Shown here: one piece after another, positions 1 through 10,411 of the stretch
How positions within the stretch are numbered: position 1 is the stretch's first letter
Layout: every line of letters starts with the position of its first letter
Assembly (NCBI RefSeq): GCF_040938485.1
Contig: NW_027271996.1
Span: forward strand, 434,001 to 498,000
Source of the DNA: Diadema antillarum
Lineage: Eukaryota
DNA length: 64,000 nucleotides
Direction: 5' to 3'
Position numbers and translations under genes: made by a program
Notes under the pieces: model-generated
The model's input: the letters and a program-made list of their open reading frames with translations, nothing else
Databases searched by the model: none
What the model was told of the DNA's origin: nothing

Positions 1-99
1 GGATGTTTTGTGATACAGCAGACCTACACATATGCATCAAAATCCTATGTGATATCTTGAACATTTTTTAATCACTGCTCCCAAAGGTAAACAGGACCT
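1..99. mobile_element. Right end of a TTAA-flanked (Kolobok-like) non-autonomous element
   Basis: Ends ...GGTAAACAGGACCT then TTAA (100-103). A homologous stretch at 33984-34077 also ends CCT|TTAA. Confidence 0.55.
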
Positions 100-609
100 T
101 TAATACAGCTGAACCATGCCTAGCGTGTTTAAATGCTTGGTAATGATAAAAATGATTATCATCATTATTATTTGGCCGCTCGAAATGAGAGAGGGAGAAC
201 AAATATATAAGGACGGGGGGAACTGGAGACAGGCAACAGACAAAGCTAGACTGGAAAGAAAGTACAGAACGGTTGCACACATGTAAAACGTCACCCTAAT
301 AAACTCTTGGGAGAACGGTAGTAAAATTGGGAATTCATGATGCGGCAGGTCTTCTCGACAGGAGACGAGAAATAATTTATACACAGATCAAGGAAGAGAA
401 AAGACATGAGGGAAACACAGAGAGAAGGAGAGGGGAGGGAGATAGCACGGATCTTGGAAAGAGGAAGATGAAAAAAGTTGCCCTCAGGCAGATCTTGCAA
501 AATGAAGTCCTCCTCACTTGCCAATTATATACGTTTTACTGACAATACAGCCATTTTCTTCACTTTTATTGTTTGACTGTGTTCGCGTTTCACTTTTTCA
601 CCTGAGAGG

Positions 610-940
610 ATGGCTGGATAACCCATAGTTAGCTATACTGGCTGGTCTTCCATGGGGTCCAGTTGGATGTGAGGTGGGACCACTTCACCGGGTTAAACTC
701 TCTGCTCTTTGTGATGAATGAATGAACGAATGATCTTTTACGTTCATGAGTTGCGACTCTCTCACGCATACTCACGGGACAACCATTGTATGTCCTATTC
801 GAGGAACAGAGTGTTTTTGCGACTTACTAAAGGGAACGGTATGATTACACACAATATTGCTTCGTTAGACTCGGGAATCAAACCCCAGGTCCTCTGGATC
901 TGGGGGCAGACGCGCTACCGACTGAGCCAATTTACCGCTA
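610..940 (-). mobile_element. tRNA-derived SINE
   Basis: Minus-strand head TTGGCTCAGTCGGTAGCGCG... (A box) and GGGTTTGATTCCCG (B box) at about 871-930, followed by a non-tRNA body. Boundaries approximate. Confidence 0.7.
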
Positions 941-1137
941 AATGATATGCAATCCCTACCCTACCTAGATCGTGGACCTTTCTGAGAGGCGAAGCGATCG
1001 AGCGGGGTACGGTCTGTCTTACATAGGCTTAGTAACTCCCGCATCGTCCATCGCATGAGGCACCAGCTTCCTCCATTTGGACCCATCGTCGGTCAGATCT
1101 TTTAAGTCTACCAAGTTTCAATGCAAAGCTACCTTAA

Positions 1138-1932
1138 CCCTATACAGCCCAAGGGGGGGGGGGGGGCACATTGTGCCCCCCCCCCCTACCAGATTTTCAT
1201 TTGCTACTCCTTCGCCCTTTATCCGATTTCAACCAAATTTGGTGACTTTTCCTAAAATCTTATTAAAAACATTTTGATATATGATTTAGCTATATTTGAC
1301 GCTGCTGGTTGCCATGGCAACCATAAACTAACAACCATGTCAGTCAGATTTTGCTTCTTTTTTCTGTTCCCATTTTATTTAACAGCATTACAGTGGATGA
1401 AATGGGTGTTTCTTGGCTGAAATTTGTTGAAGGAGCAAAATTTGAAGTAATTATGGTCCTGGAAAGTTTTTCTTATCATTTCCTTGGTTTTCATGTGACA
1501 AAGGCAGAAAACAATAGATATAATAGAGATAATTGAGAACAATAATACTTTCTAAAGATTGCCCTTCTATTTTGTGTTATTTTGATTCCCTCACCCAAGC
1601 TATGCCTCTAATATCATTAGTTTATCATATTTTTAATTTGTAATCTTGAAATTCCACTATTATGCGAGGTTAAAAATTTATGCAGAAAAATCATATTTTT
1701 AGCATATTTCCTATGTATTTCTTTATATTTTGGAAAATAGCGCCCTCCATGGGTGACCTTGGGGATATTCAAATGTACGGTCGTGTAGAGTATGAGTTAC
1801 TCTACCCATGTGCCAAATATGACAATGATACATCAAATAATAAAAAGGTATATGGGGGGGGGGGGCACAATGTGCCCCCCCCCCCCCCATCTTGGGCCTG
1901 CGAGGGGTCAAAATAGCTTTGGCTTAATAGGG
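1138..1932. mobile_element. piggyBac-like non-autonomous element
   Basis: TTAA at 1134-1137 and 1933-1936. Termini CCCTATACAGCC / GGCTTAATAGGG. Two internal Gn-CACAwTGTG-Cn palindromes. Confidence 0.75.
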
Positions 1933-2230
1933 TTAAAGATCTCGATGGATGATCTGTTGCTAGGTCAATTTGGGTCTGAGTCGGCGTCTATTCCCTTTCG
2001 GGTTCCACCACACAGAGCTTGGGTTGCAGGACGAAATGAGGGAGCCATGCAGCATGACCTCAAGGCCGTGTCACACCTTTCCGGGCAAGCCTTGCGTGCG
2101 ACTTATGAAGAACAATTTTTACTACCCGGAGGTTCCCGGAATGAGCCGCACATGACAGTACCTAGCACGTATCTCACCCGTAGTCACCCAGGGGTGTGCA
2201 CGCAAATCTTTTTACCCGCAACCATGTTTA

Positions 2231-3147
2231 GGCCCTGTCACACCTTTCCCGGCAAGCTAGGCAGGCTTGTTGCGTGTAGGGATTTTCCAGCATATCGGAA
2301 ATTTCTGAGGGCGCACAAGGATTTGGGCGAGTCAGTGCATGTGTCTTACTTGCCGGACGCGTTCTACTTAAATTCTACTTGCGGGTATACTGTGTGACCT
2401 TTGTACCAGTCGCATGGGGGCTGACAACTCAGTGAAGGAATTCCTCTGAATGAATGGCAGAAGTCCCACGGAATGTCATTATCTTGGCTGCATATACGGG
2501 GACTGTGAAGTACCTGCGTGAGAGTTGTCTGCGAAGTGCTGCCGCTAAGGGCCTCCCACTGGCGTTCTGCGTGGACCTCTCCGGGCACCCCCGCCACTCA
2601 CCCGGAAAAAGTTTTGGTCATGCTCAAAACTTGGATGCGGTTAAATCGGACTTGCGTGAGCACCTCCAGGCAACTACAGGCGAGATACGCGCTAGGTACT
2701 GTCAGGTGCGGACCAACTGCTGAGAGCTCCGGGTAGCAAATTTGTCTCCCCGCAAGTCAAGCCGCAAAACTTCCCCAGATACGGTATGACAAGGCCTTGA
2801 GCATGCTCAAAACTTGTTCCGAGTGAGACGTGGGGGTGTGCTCACAGATGTACACGCAGAACACCAGTAGGAGACCCTTACCAGCAGCACCTCGCAGGCA
2901 ACTCCAACACAGGTACTTCTCATTACCCATAAGTCGCTCGTAACAGAAAACGGATCGGTTTCAAAGCTCTCACGCAGGTTACACGGAATGCACGCAAGAA
3001 GAAGCTAAGTAGCACGCGTCTAGTAGGTAAGAAACAAGTGCGAAAATTGCAAACATTCTTGTTCGCCCGCGGAAAATCTTCTACGTGCTGGAAACTACCT
3101 CCTCGCCACAAGCCCGCGTAGCTTGCCCGGAAAGGTGTGACACGGCC
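2231..3147. mobile_element. PIF/Harbinger-type MITE with long imperfect TIRs
   Basis: TTA on both sides. TIR GGCC(C/G)TGTCACACCTTTCC(C/G)GGCAAGCTA, with similarity continuing about 150 bp inward. An extra orphan left end lies at 2064-2230. Confidence 0.8.
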
Positions 3148-3627
3148 TTAACCATTTAAGGCCCGTATAATATTGCAGATTACGGAGGTTGATTTGACAT
3201 CTCTGACTTTTGTATTTGTTATGAAGTCCGTATACTTGATCCGTAGAATTCTTCGGAGACACTTCGCATCGAAAGCATCAAGTTTTCTTTCCTGAAATAT
3301 CACTTAATGAGACTCCAAGTTTCACAGCCATATAAGCGTGCACATGGACAGCACAGTTGCATCGTAAGATGTTCGTTTCAACTTTACAGAAAATTTCTTT
3401 CCCAACCGAATTTTGTTCAGCTGTTTGAATGGAGCTGAAGCCTTCCCAATTCTGCAATTGATTTTATTTGACACGTCCCCTTGCTAATTCATCGACCTGC
3501 TATTAAGGTATGTTAAGTTATCGACAACTGCTATTCACTGCTGACCAAGGAAAATGTCATGTTAGGGTGCGGTCTCCTGTTATCATGCCTTTGGTCCTCT
3601 CCTCGCTTATAATCAGGCCGAGTTGTC

Positions 3628-3936
3628 GGGTGCACGTCACGAGACCGACACCCACGAGTCATACAGCCCACGAGTCATACAACCCATGAGTTATACAGCC
3701 CACAAGTTACACAGCTCACAAGTCATACAGCCCACGAGTCATACGGCCCATGAGTCATACAGCCTTTAGTTCGACACTGAGCTAACAAGGCCTAGTGTCG
3801 AACTTGTGGGCTTTATTTACCTACTGTCAAACTCATGGGCTGTATTACTCGTGATCAGTATGACTCATGGACCTGTTTTCAATGTCCAACTCGTGGGCTG
3901 TATGACTCGTGGGTGTCGGTCTCGTGGGATGACCCC
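3628..3936. mobile_element. Foldback-type MITE with ~16-bp internal tandem repeats
   Basis: TIR GGGTGCACGTCACGAGACCGACACCCACGAG. Flanks GAGTTGTC / GAGTTATC (8 bp, possibly 9). Inserted in the RTE. Confidence 0.75.
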
Positions 3937-4656
3937 GAGTTATCCAGCATTGTCACCAATGACATTAACTAGCTCTTGTAACTGTTTGCTGCAATAAAAG
4001 TCGAGATCTGATAACTCACCTTTCCAGTCCAGTCAGTTCTGTTATCAACGGTTGCTTGCTTCTGGTAAAAAGATTCGGCAATAGAATAAATTCTTGACGT
4101 AGACACCCGTGAGCACCTGGAACCCCTCGCTTAAACCATCTTCAGTTATTATACCCTGCATAGCATCTTGAGCTGACATAGATCTTCTTTATTGCTGGGA
4201 CCATTATGTCAGGCAGACCATATTATGAGATGAGCACTTTCCATATAGGGACGGGCGAAGCATGTCATCAAAAGCCTTCCTAAAATCAATTTAACTGATG
4301 GCAAAGGGGATTCGATACTCCTGGCTCTTTTCTATAATGCGACGGAGAGTTAATATCTGTTCTTTATTGATAGGCCTGAATCCTGCTTGCCCGTCGCATA
4401 GCTTCTCAATTATCACATTTCTTAACTTGTTCAAAATCATGTGGCAGTACTAGGAATGGACAGTAGAGCCACGTACTCCCCTCCAGTTGTTACAGTCGGC
4501 TAATCTCTCCTTCTTTGGAACGCACACCACAAGCGCCCTTCCATGCAGTCCTGGGGCATATTTCTATCAACCATGCACTGTTGCACGTCCTATGTTATGG
4601 AGAATCCAGTTAGGTACATCATCACCTTCAGCATTCCACTTCTCAGCAGTTACACC

Positions 4657-5012
4657 GGTTACAGTTCGTTAATCCGAAGGTTCGTTAATCCGAAAATGTG
4701 ATAAGGTTCGTTATTCCGAAGGTTCATTAATCCGAAAATGAAATAAAGTTCGTTATTCCGAAGGTTCGTTAATCCGAAAATGAAACAAAGCTCGTTATTC
4801 CGAAGGTTCGTTACGGACCCTATTTCATTGTCGGACCAACGAACTTTCGGAATAACGAACCCTATTTCATTTTCGGATTAACGAACCTTCGGAATGACGC
4901 CACAAATGTTCGGATGAACGTACCCTTTTTCATTTTCTGATTAACGAACCTCTAGGTATAGGGATTTTGTGTGTTTCGGATTGACGAACCTTCGGAATAA
5001 CGAACATGACCC
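4657..5012. mobile_element. Foldback element built of inverted GTTCGTTAATCCGAA tandem arrays
   Basis: Exact 8-bp TSD GTTACACC (4649-4656 and 5013-5020). Removing the element restores the RTE frame GMDGVTAE. Confidence 0.8.
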
Positions 5013-5082
5013 GTTACACCATCCATACCAGGCGTTTTCTTATTCCTCATCATCTTAGTTAGCCCTCCTTTCCCTGCTAGAA

Positions 5083-5384
5083 AGAACACAGTGTGTCGCA
5101 AGATGAAACACAATGTGAAACATAGTGTGAACACATAGTGAACACATACACAGTGTGAATTCTCACTGTTGAAATCGAGCGTTTAAAAAGTGTGAACACA
5201 TTTTGAACCATCAATTAACATTGTGACAACTCATCACTTCAGAGTGTGAAACAGAACATTTCTCTGTGAACACTGTGAAAAAAACACCACAGTGTGGAAT
5301 CATCTTCACACTGTTAAATTCGATCGTTTTCACGGAGCCGACAATGTGAACACACTGCGAATACACCGTGGGTCGCAATGTTCT
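5083..5384. mobile_element. Unclassified insertion rich in CACAGTGTGAA motifs, inside the RTE
   Basis: Interrupts RTE homology. Repeated palindromic CACAGTGTG motifs and short AGAAC/GTTCT ends. No clear TSD. Confidence 0.45.
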
Positions 5385-6616
5385 ATCCAGCAAGGTTCTT
5401 CAGCTGGAGTAGAAACCCCTGTATCAAGGGAGCAGGAGTACATGGTTCGGCTCTATTTAGAAGCTCCTTGAAGTGCTCTGCCCACCCGTCTAGTCTTTCC
5501 TCCCCTTTGTAGAGGAGCGTAAAGCTCGATCTCATCTTTCGTTCTTATTGGTGCAGTTCTTGTAGAGTTCTTTTTGGTAATCTTTATGATAAATCGTCCT
5601 CAAGTCGTTACGAGCAGCAGCCTCTTCAGTACAGGGTACGGCATGGGAAGAGTAGCATAGACCCTACTTTTTTATGTAAAATAAATCAATTTTTCCCCTT
5701 TGATAGTTTTGGTTTGACACTAAAATCACTCATGAAGAAAAGTCTATGATCTTCTTCCTGCCTATACCGCATTGTTCTAACGTATTGTTTATACCAAGTT
5801 CAGCATCATCCTTCTTGGATTTGTGTTGACGATTTGTGTTGACGAAGACGTCAACATGACCTCATTCAGGTTGATCACTTCCGGGTTACGAATGTGAAGG
5901 CGAGGAAGAGACGTTCGTCGAGTTCATCATGGGTGCAGGAATACAATTGAGTTCAATATTCTAGGAAACACGCCGGCAAGGAAGCGCAGCCTGAAATCGA
6001 ATGGTGTAAGGGGGATGATGATAACGAAACCCTTTTCCAAACGAGGGAATTTCTGCCTTTTAATATAACAACTTAAAATTCACCGATCCAGCGCACACTT
6101 TGTTGAATGGGAATATTTGGGAAATTTTCGATACAAAAAGGTTAAATGATACCTTTATATATTGTTTACATTCAATTTGAAAAAAAACAACCCCAAACAT
6201 ACTAATCTCTGTAACTAAGCAAGATTTTAATCCGACTTGCTGTTGTTGTTGTTAGTGTTGTTGTTGTTTTTAATGGGAAATGGGACCCTATTGAAAAAAA
6301 AAACAATTGCCTCTGCCATGACTGATATCAATATCACGATCAAACGATATAAATAGCGATCAGCTTCGAAGAGACAATCATCATCCTGCTAATTATCATC
6401 CCCCTAATGGCATTACTCCCCCAGCCTTAGGCTGGTATCCTTGAAGTGAGGTGAAATTGCATTGGAAAAAGGGAGGTTTTCTTGTGTGTATATCTGAGTG
6501 AGTATCTTTTTTGTATAGTTTCTAGTAAAAAGTAAGTTTGATACGCGTGATTCAAAACGTGGCTGTATATGGGCTTAGGGATATGTGGACCGTTGAACAT
6601 ACACGTTTAACAAAGG

Positions 6617-6630
6617 ACACACACACACAT

Positions 6631-6678
<48 letters not shown>

Positions 6679-6680
6679 AT
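6617..6680. repeat. (CA)n microsatellite
   Basis: Seen directly. Similar CA/TG tracts at about 21082-21110, 25345-25410, 27164-27202, 32510-32535, 35204-35270 and 36714-36757. Confidence 0.95.
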
Positions 6681-7115
6681 GTACATGTATATAATTATAC
6701 ATATGCATTGAGACTATCAAGGGTTTACATGGATTTTTTTTCTCAGTTTAAACAGTTTGCTTAGTTTTGCACTAGAAATACTTTTAAATCTTGTAACAGT
6801 TCGTACAAACGTATGTTTGCATCATATAATTTGTTTGGAGTTATTTGCTATTAAATTGATGTTTAGTGGGATCGATTTGAATGGACCTTTCCCTTTGTTT
6901 ATCTAATTAAACAGTTGCAAAATAAAGTATAAAAACAGAGGCAAACGAATATGGATTAGCCAGACAGATGACAAAATACGCGAAGCAGGCGAATCAGAAA
7001 TGTCTTTGATGAATTGCCATACAACGTATATCAATAAGCTTTAAAATCTTTCTCATGGTTTATAACATAATAATGTTGCTCCACTTTATCTCAAAGACTT
7101 GATTTCTATAAACAG

Positions 7116-8565
7116 TTTCGAAGCGCAAATGCAGGAAATTATGATGTTTTACGAGCTTTTGGAGGTAAATGTACTTCCATTTCATTTAATTCAATTCAAT
7201 TCAAATTCATTTCACTTTTTTTTTCGACGAGAACATAAGCATTTTACTTTCTTTGGTAACACAGAATAAAGTTTCATAAGCAAAGCAAAGCAAACTGAGA
7301 AGATTATACAATAATTCTGGAACCATTTAGTAATTATACATTGTCATGAAAGCTGAAGTGATGAAAATGAAAATGAAAGTGAAATAACAATACGCAAAGT
7401 ACGAAAAATGGAGGGACCCACAATGAAAAAAGGATGGCAACTGCCTCTGGAGATACCATTGGTGCAGAGCGGTGCTTCGGGAATGAGTGAATAAAGTGCA
7501 ATGTGCCTTTGCTATGGTGACGAAATATGCGTTGCTCTGTATCATATCACTTCCCACGGCATGCATGCCCATTAGGTGTGCTCAAAAGAATAGACGCCGG
7601 CGCAGACGAGCACTTTTCCGTCAAAAACAAGGTAACAACGGCAGGTTTGAAAACTCATGTTCGTTGGCTTGTTTTCTTTCGGGAGAGGCACTAAAGGGAC
7701 ATCAGAATCAGTTTTAAGTGCATCTCATGAATATCAGATAATTATTTTGCGCAATTATGTAAGTTGTGGAGAGCGTCGTTTGAGTGTTGACATAACCATA
7801 CCTCTTTTTTATGACAAAGACTAAACCAGACATACTGTAATGGCATGAACATATTTATCTCTACTCCTTATTTCTTACTTTTTGAAATCAAGTCAAAAGG
7901 AGCCGGAGTTTTGGATCCTGTAGCAGAACCTTCGTCAGCTGCGAAATTGCAAACATGTATGAAAAGCAATCACATATAGGGACTACACACAACAAGCATA
8001 TACAGTCTGAAGAGGGCTAGGAACACAAGACAAAAAGAAAATGGATGGGTGTAAAAGTTAAAGGTCGGGAGGCATGGAAATAATTTACGATTATAAAAGA
8101 AAAAAAATGTTATGTCCATTGATGATAACCTAAGCAGCATGTAGCATGTTAGCATTTTTTTTTCTCGGAAATTTTGTTAACAATGTGCCATGTATGTGTT
8201 TATCTCGATCATCTTGACAATATTTGCATGGGAAGGCAGTCTGATGAATCTTGCTCAGTATCCCATCCAGGAATCACCTTGAGAAAATAAAGTAGTCATT
8301 AGAAATATGAATGAAATAACTGACATCATCTTACATAAAACGTACTTTTTAAGCCCAGTGAAGTTAGAAGTTTAAACGTCATACCAACACATATGATGAA
8401 AGTCAAAAGAAAAGGTCATGGTCGAAGGGAAATAATTATAGTACAGTCCTTACAAATTTCAGCCACTTTTCTTCTTATCGTCATTATTTCCGTGACAGAC
8501 TTCTTCGTGCGCAGAATCAGACTACTCCAATGACTACGGAAAATGTGAAAGCTTCCCGAATGACA
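7116..8565 (+). CDS. Candidate upstream exons of the adhesion GPCR
   Basis: AG/GT-bounded, phase-compatible small exons 7116-7164 (FRSANAGNYDVLRAFG), 7576-7631 (GVLKRIDAGADEHFSVKNK) and 8499-8565 (TSSCAESDYSNDYGKCESFPND, donor GTAAGT, phase 1 matching 9990). No recognisable homology, and alternative frames exist. Confidence 0.3.
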
Positions 8566-8645
8566 GTAAGTTCAGTTAAGAGTACACCTATTTCTCATTG
8601 CTGGATATATAAATACATGAATAATATATTACATCATAATGATAT

Positions 8646-8881
8646 NNNNNNNNNNNNNNNNNNNNNNNNNNNNNNNNNNNNNNNNNNNNNNNNNNNNNNN
8701 NNNNNNNNNNNNNNNNNNNNNNNNNNNNNNNNNNNNNNNNNNNNNNNNNNNNNNNNNNNNNNNNNNNNNNNNNNNNNNNNNNNNNNNNNNNNNNNNNNNN
8801 NNNNNNNNNNNNNNNNNNNNNNNNNNNNNNNNNNNNNNNNNNNNNNNNNNNNNNNNNNNNNNNNNNNNNNNNNNNNNNNNN
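8646..8881. other. Assembly gap (N)
   Basis: N run. Further gaps at 11823-11950, 17271-17429 and 21931-22085. All lie within or just upstream of the GPCR model. Confidence 1.
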
Positions 8882-9989
8882 CTTACTTTTTTCTCTGATG
8901 GTCACTAAAATCTTTCAATGTGAAATCTTAGGTAGTCCGAAATAACAAGAAGACATGACAATCCATTTTAAAACTTAGTTGCCTGATCGGGCCTCCAGAA
9001 ATTTGGTGGCTCGACATCATTTTTTAATGGCCGCTGCCCACGGCTTATGTCAAGCCCTGTACATGCTGTATAAATATTATTATATAATACTATATGATAA
9101 CAACCAAAAACAGGACAGGCAAAGCAAGACATAATGCTTTCCTACAGAGGTAGAAACTGTTATCCATTCTTCTTGTGTATTTGTCCATGCTCGCTCGAAC
9201 TGTCCGTCGCTTCGAAATCTTTCTCTCATCAAGTTAGCTTTGGTTCGCACTTGATGGAATGTTATTGTTTGTTTGTTTTTTAACGGAGGGCGTCTACTCA
9301 ATATGCCATCACGAATGTTAATGTTTTTATGTGTTTTTGTTTTACCTGTACATCAATTTACTCACAGGTTATTTCCTGAGATTTGTAGTTCGCATTGTTA
9401 ATAATATTATCCTCATCAAGTCATAATGATATTATTTACAATTCAAATTCATATCAAATTCCAGTTTACATTAAACTGCATCCCTGTGTGTGGTATTGAT
9501 TGACAAGCTCATAGAATGGTTTGTCAATGTTGCGCTCGTGTATAAAGCGTGTGTGTGTGCGTGTGTGTGTGTGTGGGCATATATATCCTATATATACATA
9601 TACCTTTGACAAAAACATTGGTAAGAGTTAAAATGAGTGAAAGCAGCATCTTTTTTTTTTTAATCCATGAACGGTCAGGACCCGGAGAAGACGAATGATC
9701 ATTTCTTGTCTTAGCTGTGGAAGCATCGTCATAAGATTAGGCATTAAACTATCATATTCCAAGAGACGCTTACAATATTTCATATTTAGATTTGCTGTAA
9801 ATCAGTTCACTTTGCCTTCTTAGCGTGGGACAGCAAAAAAAAAAAAAATAGAGATAAAAAAAGAAAGAAAAATTGGAAAAATATCACATAATATCTCTTT
9901 AAACAGATTTATCGAGTGTACACCCTCTAAATCTCTGTAACTATTAAGGTTCTTGCCAAATTCAAATTGATATTTTGTTTGGCCAAAAG

Positions 9990-10367
9990 CGAGTAGCTGC
10001 AGCGACCTTTCCTTGAGTTGCGGCGGCCAGCGGATTTTTGTCAAAGGCCGCAGCGTGGTTGTCGACGTCTTCGTGCTGCGTAACGTCACGCAACCCACCG
10101 ATTACGATTTAGCATCTTGCCTCGTCGAAGAGCACTGCAATAACCAGACCGACTGCGACGTCATCGACATGATAATGATGGAGATCGAGTCCGTGATCTG
10201 TCCGGATGAATGCTACTACATAAGCATTCCACACGAGCCTTGCAACGGTGAGACAACAAAAAAGAAGGAACAAAAAACAAAATCAAAAACAAAAAGTGAT
10301 ATGAAGTGAGCAGAGCTAAAAGAGGGAGAGAGAAAAGCCATACAAGATTGCAAGGGATACGAAAGGG

Positions 10368-10411
<44 letters not shown>

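Larger units (their letters stand above)
3170..5640 (-). mobile_element. Decayed RTE-clade LINE (linker + reverse transcriptase), interrupted by three insertions
   Basis: Minus-strand remnants WAEHFKELLNR (about 5450-5490), KKTPGMDGVTAE (split by an insertion), DCNNWRGV, QAGFRP...QILTLRRIIEKSQEY...IDFRKAFD (4260-4500), LYGCETW and LDAFDAKCLRRILRI (3230-3340). Contains stops and frameshifts. Confidence 0.85.

Noticed and set aside
871-930. tRNA gene (also 26770-26845)
   Set aside because: A and B boxes are present but there is no intact cloverleaf or terminator; the head continues into a SINE body.
1792-2736. 201-aa ORF and neighbours as a possible transposase
   Set aside because: It spans the junction of a piggyBac-like element and Harbinger TIRs, with no DDE or Myb-like motifs.
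3640-3790. Short regularly spaced repeats as a CRISPR-like array (also 4670-5000 and 36850-37260)
   Set aside because: Eukaryotic context, contiguous tandem units without unique spacers, and bounded by TIRs and TSDs.
7487-7717. MVTKYALLCIISLPTAC...RRRRRR as the GPCR signal-peptide exon
   Set aside because: The hydrophobic core is weak, the frame competes with an alternative exon reading at 7576-7631, and the phase cannot be fixed without RNA data.
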